This document shows positions 10,473 through 21,973 of a stretch of DNA of 51,661 nucleotides, piece by piece. The position numbers were made by a program, and so were the translations under genes. The stretch is from Chromera velia (Eukaryota): NCBI GenBank assembly GCA_018398765.1, contig JAHBMJ010000275.1:1-51661 (forward strand). The letters run 5' to 3'. Position 1 is the stretch's first letter, and each line of letters begins with the position of its first letter. The notes beneath the pieces were generated by a model. It was not told the DNA's origin. It saw only the letters and a program-made list of their open reading frames with translations, and made no database searches.

Positions 10473-13400
10473 ACTGAAGACGTGCAGCGTCCGGGTACGT
10501 GGACTATCTTTCCCCCCCCCCCCCCNNNNNNCCCCCCCCCCCCCTTTTCTTCTCTTGCACCCTGACCGTCAGTTTGACCAGGTCGGGCCCCACCAGTTCC
10601 TAGGTCGGATGGAGAACAGGAATTAACGAGTTCCTGACAAGGATGCACATACCCCCTGTTCGTACATCCCGTTTGGCAGCTCTAGAGTGAACCCCCATTT
10701 TTCTTCTTTTCCATTCCATGTGGTTTAAGACCTAGTCTATCACTAGGATGTTAATAGTTACTTGCTTAATTATGGTTAATTTAGCCTAGAGTCTCTAAAA
10801 CCAAAGACGAATGGCAACGCTGTCAACTCATGCATACAGTTGTAGACTAAGAATTTAAAGTAAGCCGCTGCAGCTTAGCCTGCTTCCGCATGAACATGAA
10901 CCACTACAACCCTCCATAGTTAATATCTTTTGGTATAGTGTGTAAAACTAGATATTGATTTAGCTAGATATAAGTTATGATATAAAAAATAAGCTTGCAA
11001 CTAGGTGCAGGATGATAAACATTCTCGAAAACGTTTGTTCTAGTTTAAGGCTAGTTATCTGCGTGATCAAAAACATCGGTACATCGCCGTGTACTCCACT
11101 AAGTATCACTAAGTCCATTTTACATTTTATACTCCAAAAAGTTTGTCCACATATTATCTCACAGACCTCTTAATTCGCCCTAGTCTAGTCCCCAATGAAA
11201 ATCTATAGAAAATTGAAGAGTGCATTACCCTATACAAGCTAGTGCACAGGTACATACGCTAGCTATAATTTTATATACGAAAATTCTTAATTAACGTTAA
11301 GTATGCATGTAATAATATTTTACTTCAAGTGCTCGATCAGTATGTTATCTGCATACATATGGACTACTGCATGTATCGAAAAATAAATGAATGAATGAAT
11401 GTATGCATGCATGCATGAAATTATGCCATGAATGCATGCAGCAATGAATGATGATGATGATGTTGATGATCATGTATAAGGTTGAAGCTGGTGAGCCATA
11501 TAAACTCTGACCAACCTAGTATTTCCTGCATAGATACAACTTGAATCCTTCGAGAATTCAGATCGACTTATAGGCCTCACTAAAGCATTTGCATGGACCA
11601 AAGCCTAGCAAAGGCGGGAATGGATTGAAATGGAAACGGAGGGTGGCTCCACCCCTATGCAACATACCAGGGTTAACCAGGGTTAAAATCCCCTTGCACC
11701 AGAATGGACTTGCAGTGGTAGGAGAAGCGACCAAAAAGGGAGACAAGGCCACAAAGCGAAACCAAAAAAGTGGTTCAAAGCTAGGAACACGTCTCTGTCA
11801 GATTAAGAATTGGCAAAGAGTGCAGTCTCTAGGGTAGGAACCCTACGGAACACTTCCCTGGGTACCGATTCCTGAGGAACGGCTTAGCTGCTAAGCACAG
11901 TGGACAACCAGCAGCGAAGAAGAAAAATATACAAGATTAAACGAGATCGATGCACGCATTTCGCTTCCTTGCATGGAGCTGACTATAGAATAACTGGAGT
12001 ACGTTACCTACGTTGTTGTCCTTCAGACTTTAGTAAGACTAGAGTTCAACTTCGTGAGACACGCTAGGAGACACGATCAATTTTTTTGAGGCAGTGATAT
12101 TATGAGTAAAATTAAAACAGGATAAGAAAAATAAAGAGAAAGAAAAGATGAATGAATTGAGAGACACTCTAGGTCATAGTGTCAGTATGTCATACATGCA
12201 GTAGTACAATGTCTAGTACAATCTAGAGTACAATACATACTAGAGTACAATCTACATAAAACTTACCTCCTCGTTTACCTCTCACTCAACAAAAACAGGA
12301 AAACCTGAGTCTGGGTGAAAAGGCTGGTTCAAAGTTTAGAATTTATGAGAGCTGCAATTAACATAGATATATCGTCGAGCGCTCGGCATTGGGGCAGGAG
12401 GCCAATCCTCCAGACATTAATCCTAATCCTAATCCTATATTAGCGAAAGAAACCTAGAAAGGGAAAAAAAAAAAATTACTAGAATTAATCTTAGCTAAAA
12501 TCAAAGTAAATGAATAATTATTCAAGCTACTGATAGCCTGCTATAATCAACCTAGCAGTCAATCTGCATGGTACTCAATTAACTATTCATTTAGTTTCAT
12601 AGAAAAACATAAACACATGCTAGCTCGCATGCATGCGGTCTAGCATGCAATAACCGCTGAAATAAACGATTGATGTGTCCACAGGTCGGATCCTGTCTGA
12701 GAGAGCCTGAAATTCTTTCGCATGAATATCATGCATGCTCTCTCAATATAAAGACTGATTTTGATCGGCACACAGTAGGCCATCCATATATACATCATAC
12801 ATGTGCTAGTACATGTGGCTATTACGATGCTGCGGTGAGCGCATGGGGAAAAGCACGAAGCATGCAAGGTCATCACATGAACTGATTATTCAATATGTAA
12901 CCAGGCAGGCATGCAGGCAAGCAGGTGCACACCAACACAAATATGTAAAAATCGGGAATACAGAAAGATGGGAGAGACAAGAGAGGGAAGAGGAGAAGCG
13001 AGTAATGGTCGACGCCCGGCGTCGAAGAAAGGGAGCAAATCTTCAATTAAGCCTTCAATCAGAGTGCCTGCACTGCAAGACGGCCTGCCCAGCCGCACGT
13101 GCAGTCCGGATCCTGTTGTTCAATCACCAAAAAGACTGAAACAGATAGGAATTAAGACAGGCAGGAAGACACTCTCGTTCACCCACGCATGCACGCACAT
13201 GCATGTCTTCATTCATTTGTTCATCCTTGAGTAGATGAGAGTCAGAAATGGACCCATGAAGACAAAGAAGGCAGACCAATAGATTAAAAGACTTTCGAAC
13301 ACAGACAGAATGCAAAGAGATTTTCTGCCGCTCCCTCCCTCTCGTCCTCTCTTCAATGATGCCTACCTAAGAGACACGTCCAGAGACGAGCAATCCGGAC

Positions 13401-14088
13401 AGTGAGCGAAACCATCACGGACTCCTCCGTGTTGTCACGTCACCCTCCCGTCTCCGTCTTCTTTCTCTTTTTTTCTGTTTCCAAAACTCAGTGGAAAGAA
13501 GACTGGCATGGATGCCAATAAACTGTCTCACTGAATCAGCTCGTGTGTGTCGACGGCGTACCAGTGCGTGTGAGCCTTCAAAGCAACGAACAGCAAACTC
13601 CTCTTTCTTGCAAGCCCGTTTCAGACTGACTCACTGGCTTTTTGGCTGACAGACACGGGATGACACGAAGAGATACCGAAGACAAAGCAGAAAGGAAAAG
13701 AAAGGTCACATCATTTGTGTGATGTTCGGTCGACTCACTCGTTTTGTCTGCACACGTGAGAGAGATGATTTAACCGAACTTAAAACGTGCGAACAGGACA
13801 GATACAGTGCATTCATTCAGTCGACGAGGGCGCGGCCCCCTAACGCAGTGAAGCCGTTCTCTCAGTCTGTTTGTCCTTGTCTTTCTTTCCTTCCTTCCTT
13901 CTCTTGAATTTCACCTGGGGGGCATACCATTCTCCTAAAGACACCGGTTGATGCTTGTAGCAAGTGAATCTGTAAGAAAAGAAAAGCAATTAAAGCAAAG
14001 GAATAAAATTAAAGCGTCGGAGGAAGAAGCAGAGACGGTACGCATTCGCCACCCTCGGTCGTCTTCTTCCCTTCATTCCGCCTTTGTG

Positions 14089-14183
14089 AAAGAAAGAAAG
14101 AAAGAAAGAAAGAAAGAAAAGAAAGAGAGAAAGAAAGAAAGAAAGAAAGAAAAGAAAGAAAGAAAGAAAGAGAGGAAAGAAAG
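14089..14183. repeat. (GAAA)n microsatellite
   Basis: Directly visible. Confidence 0.95.
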
Positions 14184-15969
14184 CAAAACTCACAACTACT
14201 CAACGGCCAGGAAGACATAATCGGCAGGGCAGTCGCACCTCCCTCAAGTCGGCACATGAGTGAGTTGAAAAGCAAGGCGCCATCGACATCCTTCTTTCGC
14301 CCCACCTCCCCTTTTGCTTTTCTTCTGTCTGGATTCTTTCAATCTCTTCTCTTCGGTCTCTCCTCCAAAGGAACCTTCCTTTGTTCTACCTTCAGCAAGG
14401 AACGCAATCAATCAGTCCCCCCCAAAACTCTCTATCCTTCCTTCCAGTTGTGCCTCGCTTCATGATGCGACGACACGGGCATCACGTTGTTTGGACTCTC
14501 TCTCTCTTCCTCAGCCGGTCAGACATCAACTTTCCTCACTGTCAGTCTCTTTTTGTTGCCCATCGTTTTCTTCAGCCGAGTGAATGAGAGGGCGGCTCAC
14601 TGTAGTACACACACATACGAATTGCAGGGGGTAGATACACAAAGATAGATAAACAGACAGACAGAAGTGCACACACAAGCAAAGAGAAAAGGAAGACCCT
14701 TATCTCGTCAAGACCAGTCGCAAGGTCAACGATTTGGTTGAATGCATGCAGGCTGACACAGACAGACAGACAGACAGACAGCAGTCAACAGGGACAGCCG
14801 ATCCAATGGAGATAGAGAGTTTTGTAGAGTGACGGGGAGGGAAGGAGAGAGAGGGAGAGAGACCAAAGAGCCGGAACTAAAGGAGCTAGAGATGAAGGAA
14901 GGCACTCACTGCACTAGAAACAGAGAGAAGATAGGAGCATAGTCACGTAAGTTCAGTCACGTGTTGGTTTCATCAAACCATCAGTCACGCTGTCCACGCA
15001 CCCAGACAAACATGTATAGAAGACGGAGAAGGAAGAGGAACAGACAGACAGTTGGCCAGATCAGCAGAATCGACACCAAAAAGACACACACAAGAAGGGA
15101 GGGTAGGTAACAAAAGAGGGACAGACTAATTAATTCTTTCTCTGACTAGCTGACTTGACTACCCCAGCAAAAAGACAAGAAGGGAGGACAGGAAGAAAGA
15201 AAGAAGAAAGTAATGAATTATGGGTTCAAAACACCCCTACGGCGTCGACTGGGTGCGTGTGAGACACCCTCCAAGGCCTCCCCGAGTTCTTTCTTTACAA
15301 AAAGGGTACAGAGAATTCTTTCTTCACAAAGAGAGTACAGAGAAAGCGAACAAAACGAAAAGATTGAATGAAGCCAAAAAGAAACTGATTGTCCATTCCC
15401 TCGCCCCTCCAGTGTACACAGTCAATTCAATTCAATTCAAATGCCCTTCTCTCTCTTCATCAGCATGCAACCAAGAAATTGCTCGTTCCTCTTTGTCGTA
15501 CAAAGAAAGTAAGAAAGCGAAGATGGGCCAGAGGGAGGCGTGAGACAAGAAAGAAGAAGCAATTAAGAAAAGAAACTGCGCGTTCTTCTCTGTTTAAAAC
15601 TCAAACCTCTCTCGTCTATCTGAGCATCATTTGAAAGGAGGAACATGAACAAGTACATTAATTGATTGATTGATTGACGCCCGCAGTGACATGGATGCAC
15701 CCCTCCCACCCCGACCCTTTCACCCAAACACCATGCACGCACCTCTCAAATGGGTGGGTGCATTGCATTGACATGATGCGTAATGAAGGCCCTTGCAAGC
15801 AATCCCATCCGACGATGGGAGATCCGAATTCTGATTCCATCGTAAATCCTTTTCCTTCCATGCCAGCCGTCTCTTCATTCCTTCTACTGACCCCCCTGAC
15901 TGCAAGCAAGCATGTCCAGAACGATGGACTCGGACACCTGCCTCTCACAGCAACGCAACAGACAGACCC

Positions 15970-18900
15970 CTACGAGTTGCTCACCCCCCTCCTCGATTTT
16001 CCCTTCTCCTGCAGGTCCGCATGTCTCGAAGAAGACCCTTGAATGTTCGAGTCAGACCGTCTCCTTTGAGAGGAAGCAGAAGAGGTGTTCGGGTACGCGG
16101 CTACAGGCGCCATGTGCCTGATGCCGTACCCAGAATTGAGGGGACACGTAGGAAGCTCTTCCCTGCAAGATTGCAAGAGATGAAGGTAGACAGGGCGATC
16201 GATACATGTGGTGTGTGTGTGAAATTGAAAGACAGAAATAATCAATTGTGCACACATATGGATGCTGCGTTTTTTCAACAGAGCTTCATCAAGAAAACCT
16301 GTACCTCTCCATCGGCCACACACACGCACGCACGCACCGAGCGAGAGAGAAAGTGAAGGAAAGAAGTGAGACCCCAAGGCACGAAAGAGACACCGTGTGT
16401 TTGCGTTCTTCTTAATGACCGTCAAGCTACAATACCCTGGACTTGGTAAAGAGACTGAAATGACTGACTGTTGTTTGATCAGACACTGGTCCGGTAGAGG
16501 GCGGAGACCCAGCGGCCCGTGACGGTTGAGGGGGGGGGGCTCAGGGAAATCATCCTCGGAGTAGGTCGAGGAGGAGTCACTTTCGACCCTTTCCCTTTCC
16601 CTCTGGGCAGCGTCATTCCCTCTCACAGCCTGCCCGCTCTGAGTGGGCGAAGATGCGTATGCAGAAGGGGCAACTGGAGCACCCGTAGAAGGGACCGTTG
16701 CAGCTTGCGCCCCTTTCCTTTTGGGGCCGAAGAGTCGCCTGAAGGGCCCGCCGCCCTCGCGCGCAGGAGATGTTTTTCGAGTCAGACCCGCAATCATCTC
16801 TCCTGCAAGGGCAGTCGAGCTGGGGGGGCCTCTTCGTGCTGCTGCTGCTGCTGCTGCTGCTGCTGCGGATGGCTGTACAAAGGGGCACCGACACTCGACA
16901 TCGCTGTTTTCTCTTGAAGATGGGTGGCCTCTCTTGGACCCACCCGAAGAGAAACGGCTGCTCTGTGAGTGTCCCTTCGTCTCCCTCTCCCTCACCGGTT
17001 GACGGGGGCCGCTCGGTGAAGAGGCACCCTGGCAGGTGGGGGAACAAGCACAGCGTGCACATGCGCACTGGCAGTTGTGTAAGACCAGATTCCACCCCCT
17101 TGGTGTCGCATCGCCATCTCCTACCAACGTATAGGGTCGAGAGGAAGCACCCACCCCTCCACTGACAGGAGACCCCTCGAGAAGGGAAATCGACCCCTCT
17201 CGTCTCCGGGTATCATCAGTGGGGCACTCATCCTCCTCATCACACTCCTCTGCTGCCCTACCGTGCTGGTTGTGCTGGTTGTGGAGATCCCACCGCATCC
17301 TGTAGCAGATGGAAGTCGTCTCGGGGGCTCCCCCTCCTACTCCCACTGCGACAGGGAGGCAGGAGGACGAGCGTGCTGCTGATGAACGGAACATCCCCAT
17401 ACCCATGCCCAAAGGGTTTGAAGACGAAGACGCAGAAGAGGGAGGAAGGATGGGGGGACCGCAAGGAATGTCGTCGGATGGAAGCGCAGGGGGGGAAAGG
17501 GGAGGTGAAAAATCAGCGGGTGGGAGCGCCACTCCCCCCCGCACCAGCCCATTCCCCGGAAGAGACAGAGTCTCTGAATCCGACCTCAACCCTGCGCCTT
17601 CAACTTTCACCCCGTCTCCTCTACACGAGACGGAACGACCGGGAGCGGAGACGGGAGAACTGGAATATGGGTTGACGGACAGAGTGAATGAAGCCGAGGA
17701 GGAGGAGGACGCAGAGGGGTAACCATGGGTGAGAGCATCGGGACTTCTGGAGCGGGAGTGAGACGGATTGGAGGGCACACGCTGGAAACCCCCACACCGC
17801 CTCCTCCGCGCTTCTGCTGCGGTTCCGGCGGAGCCCCCAATCTCTGTGTTGAGAGAAGGACGAGAGCACTGCGAGCCGTTCCTAGGGGGGCCGGTTTTGG
17901 AATTCTCCTTTGCCCCCTTCCCTCCCCTCCTTCCTACGAGTTGCATCGGAGTAATGCAGGGAGAGGACGCAAGACAGTCAGGATTCAGCAAAGAGGATGA
18001 ACAGGCCCCCCCTGAAGCACCTGAGAATGACTCTTTGTTTCCTCCGCCCCCCCCTCCTCCCTTGCCTCCACTTCCTGAGTGATGATTGTGGAGATCAAGA
18101 AATGACTCCAGGGACTCAGTTGCCGTCTCCGAGGGAGGACAGCCGGCTGTGGGGGGAGGGAACCTGAGAGGTCCGAGCGGAAGACTGCTGCAGTGACGAA
18201 CGGACGGCAAGCTCGGCGAGCAGATGGGCGGGTGACCATCAGATGAGGCAGACGAGGCTGAAGAAGACGACGAAGCGGAAGACGCGGAACTTCCACCCCC
18301 ATCGGCACGCATACCGACAAGAGGCCTAAGACCCTCTGACTCTCTCTCAATGGTCGGACTTGTGTCACGACCCTGTACAGCATTGTTGAGATGAATCACC
18401 GACTCGAGTCTTTCCTTCTGGGACTGGAAAGAACAGGACGAATCGGCAGAAAGAAAGGGTTGAAGTACGGATGCACCGGAGTCCATTTCAGTGAAGGCTG
18501 CTTGGTCACAGGGTTCTGTGGGAGACGGAGAGGGACCACGAAACTCCGTTTGTGCCCTGGAGGACCCCAAACGAGACGGCGCTTCTTGGGCTTGGGAGGT
18601 TCTCTGCACTGTGTTGACTCTGCTGAGAACCTCGCGCAAGTTTTCCATCACGCTGTTCGAACTGTCTCCTCGGGGAGGGCACGGGGGCCAGACGCCCCTC
18701 ACGCTCTTCGGAGTTGGGGCTGGGGTCGGACACCCACCCGATGGTGGGGGGGAAGGGCTGGGAGAGGGAGAGGGGGAAGCGGAGGGAATTCCTGCGGAGC
18801 GGGGCCGAGGGGGGTAATGCTTTTCTGCTGCCTGCCTCCACGTATCTCGGAGCTCCTTCAAGTACTGCAGCCGAAGAAAGAAAGGAAAGAGCACAGCAGG

Positions 18901-21023
18901 CAAAGCATTGTTGGCTTTGCATCACGATAAAAGAAATGGGAACAGAAAAAAAGACGTGAAAACAGGGAGGAAGCTGAAGGATGGAGCCTGTGACTGGAAT
19001 TGCGAAGGAGACAGAAAGCAACGAGAACAGCCAAGAATGCTTCACCGTGCCTTTTCCTTAACTGACCTTGTCCGTGAGAGCGATTGCCGTACCACTATCA
19101 TGAAAGAGACGGCCTGGAGGGGTTGGTGCACCCGAACCAGGTCGGCGGGCCGAGGAGGAGGCTGCGGGGACGCTCCCGCCCTGTTGTTGGTGCTGCTGCG
19201 GGTGACATGGCTGCTGCTGCTGCTGCTGCTGTTGCTTCTGTTGCTGACACCCTTGAAGCCAGTCCTCTGTGATTCTGCCGTGACATGCCTGATGCTGCTG
19301 CTGTTGAATGGGCTCCAGAACCGGTCTAGCGGAACGGGGAAGCGGCTGTGCAGCAAGGCAGTCTGCAAACTTGTTGAACAGTTTACACACCTTGTCCTGC
19401 TGTTTGGGAAGAAAACACTTCCTCCCAGCAGACCCCCCTTCCATCCCGTGAGCTCTTGCCGCAGCAGCGAACGCAGTCTGAGGGCCGACATTCAGAACGC
19501 GTCCTGCCGCCATGAAGGTCAAGCTCTGGTGATGATAGACGGTGGTCGGGCAACTGGAGTTCGAATTGGAGGGTGAGTGCTGAGCAGCTGCCCCCCCTCT
19601 CTCGCTGCATCCACCGTCTGTGGAAACTTTATCACTCACGCTGGCGGGCGCATCTCTATCTTCCTCACCTCCACACACACCACTACCAGCACCCCGAAAG
19701 CTCCCGCAGGCACCCCCACTTACAGACGATCCCGCAAAGGACCGCCCCCCTTGTCGACCTGCCACTGCATCATGAGGGGTAGTCGGGGCGTCTGAGTGTT
19801 CATGCACAGACGTGGAAGCACAAGAACTCGGTTCACACCCACTGGCAACATGGCAGTGAGATGCACTGGGGGAGAGGCAAGAGTCAAACTCTTCCCCCTC
19901 CCCTCTCACAGGGGGCCCTCTCAACTGGGCACTGACAAAGGAGCGCCACCTCTCGTCAAGGTCATCAAACGGATCTCTGCACCAGGAAAGAGAGCGAGCG
20001 ACACAAAAAACCGGTACAAGGAATGCAACGGCGAACTGTTTGAGGGAACGTCGCTGTACTTCGTAAAATACCAGGGAAAGGAATTCAGAAGAGCGATAAA
20101 TGAGATCGAGAGAAGGAAAGGGACGAAAACGGCGGAAGACACGGGAAAGCCCGGCAGAGGAAGGACAAAAGAGACGACTGTAGTGCTGCAAAGTCCTCAT
20201 GCACTTACCCGTCTCTGAAAAACTGGAGGAACACTGCCTGCGCATCATGGGCGGCAAAGAAAAATCCCTCATCCTCATCCATTTCCGTCTCCGTTGTCTG
20301 ACGGCTGAGTCTTTTTCCGTCTCCACACCTCCCAGCCTCGCCAGACACCAGAAAAGAGTGATCTTCTTCCTCCATAGCAGAGTGGAACGACATCTCCTTC
20401 GCTTCTTTCCCCTCTACAGATGAGTCGGAGGTCTCCCTCCCCACACATCCTCTTTTCTTCGGCTGGAAAACACCAGCAATAAACTTGATGGGGCACTGAT
20501 GCCTGCAAGACTTCTGTGAAGCCTCTTTCTGTGCTGCCTCTTGCTGTCGTAACAGTTCCCTCCTCACTGCTTCCTCCCTGTGTCGGATTTTTGCGTCATA
20601 CCGCTCTCTGTCCGCAGGGACACTGAGGATCGTGTAGGCAATGGAGATCTTGTGAAATCTCTCCTTTGCCTCTGGCTCTGGGTTCTTGTCGGGGTGGTTT
20701 TCTAGAGCTGCACAGAGAAGGGAAAGCGTTACTTGAACGAAAGAAAGTGGCGAAAGGGGGGGAAGGAAGCACACAGGAGAGTCAAGTCTCGTGACACATC
20801 ACCCGAAGAAACGGCTTGTGGCACAAGGGAGAAGGGGTGAACGGAGCTCTCGTGTGAACTATGAATCTGTGAAGAGAAAGCTCAGAGCGGAAGGACGAGA
20901 AGCACCGCAAAGGGGAAGAGGGAACTCACCCAGTCTGCGGTATGCCTTACAAACTTCCAAGGGGGTTGCATCGCGAGGGAGTTGAAGTTCTGAATACAAA
21001 TCAAAAGACATTGTGGCTTGCAT
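15970..21023 (-). CDS. J-domain (DnaJ/Hsp40 class C-like) protein with a long low-complexity C-terminus. Exons ~21023-20930, 20707-20209, 19976-19067, 18864-16469, 16162-15970
   Basis: Spliced product MSFDLYSELQLPRDATPLEVCKAYRRL|ALENHPDKNPEPEAKERFHKISIAYTILSVPADRERYD contains the HPD motif, followed by FLQFFRDG|DPF. All introns are GT-AG and phase-compatible. Confidence 0.85.
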
Positions 21024-21973
21024 GCGTGAGTCTTTGTCTCAAAACTCCGCCGGTTCACGGAGCGAACCGTCGAAAAGATCGTTCTCTTCACGAAAAGAAT
21101 GCCTTCCACTGGAACGCTACATCATGGTGAACTTGGCAGAAATCATTCTTCACTTGTGAATGCTGATCAAAGCCAGCGGACGTTCACCGCTTCCACCGAC
21201 ATCGAGATGCACTTATTAATCACTCTACAGCAGCTGTATACAGATCAGTCAAGTGAAAGACGCGGATGAGCTTCTCTCTGAGTGCATGGGGTCAGAGAGA
21301 TCGAACCGATCATTTTCGACAGCTCGGAAGGGCGGCTGGTCTCGCGGGGCAGGCCGTGTGGGACCTGACGCACGCAGGGGTCGGACCCGCGTCCCGCGCC
21401 GCCCTGCATGGTTGCCACCGTGCCACGCGGCCCGGCGGCCGGGCCGGTGCCGCGCCGATCTTCGTGCGCGTGCTTAATTGCCACACACTGCTTGGGCGCG
21501 GGCCCGCGTCGCGGAGTCCAGACACTGGCCCCGGAAAGTACTGTGCATGGGTGGCACTTATTAATAAAGCAATGAAGTGTACATACATACCGATACATAA
21601 TTAAGTGTGCAAAAAATGCATACATCAAATTAATATATACAGATACATATATACATTTGCATATATATATATATATACGTACGTACATTTACATATACAC
21701 CGTATACACGCGTATAGACATATATACAATTAACGCATTCATGTATATACATACTCACAATACATCAAGATTGTGCACGGAGAACGTAGAATTCTACTCG
21801 ATCTCTCTGAAAAACAGTTCTTCGAGAGAGTGAGCATTCTTTTCCCTAATCAACCGGGACGGCCACAGGAAACCAAGACAAAAAGTGCCAGCGCAGGACG
21901 AAAATATACAGAAATCTGGACCAGAGACGTACTGCATTGCACATCAGCTGTAAGGAAAGTCATTTGACAAGCC
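21024..21973. promoter_or_regulatory. Probable bidirectional promoter: CpG-rich core (~21330-21535) and TA/CA-rich tract (~21580-21760)
   Basis: About 950 bp between two head-to-head start codons, with strong local CpG enrichment. Confidence 0.5.

Larger units (their letters stand above)
6450..10650 (-). mobile_element. Degenerate non-LTR retrotransposon (LINE; APE endonuclease + RT + C-terminal Cys/His knuckle)
   Basis: APE-like 9765..10472, RT 7736..9070, degenerate C..C..H motif (VCKHCP..VVHKLTE) near 6990-7070. ORF ends ~6764. AATAAA at ~6472-6477 (minus) precedes a short AATC tail. Confidence 0.85.

Noticed and set aside
11820..12020. Small hairpins suggesting a group I intron, ribozyme or omega-RNA
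   Set aside because: Only isolated short stems; no ordered set of conserved core motifs and no associated nuclease ORF.
12415..12440. (TAATCC)3 as an interstitial telomere
   Set aside because: Only three units, and not a canonical TTAGGG/TTTAGGG repeat.
13000..15650. Additional spliced gene between the LINE and the DnaJ gene
   Set aside because: Splice-like signals exist, but I could not assemble a consistent reading frame or recognisable domain; it may be UTR or non-coding.
16519..20423. Many plus-strand ORFs overlapping the DnaJ gene
   Set aside because: Antisense shadows of GC-rich low-complexity coding exons.
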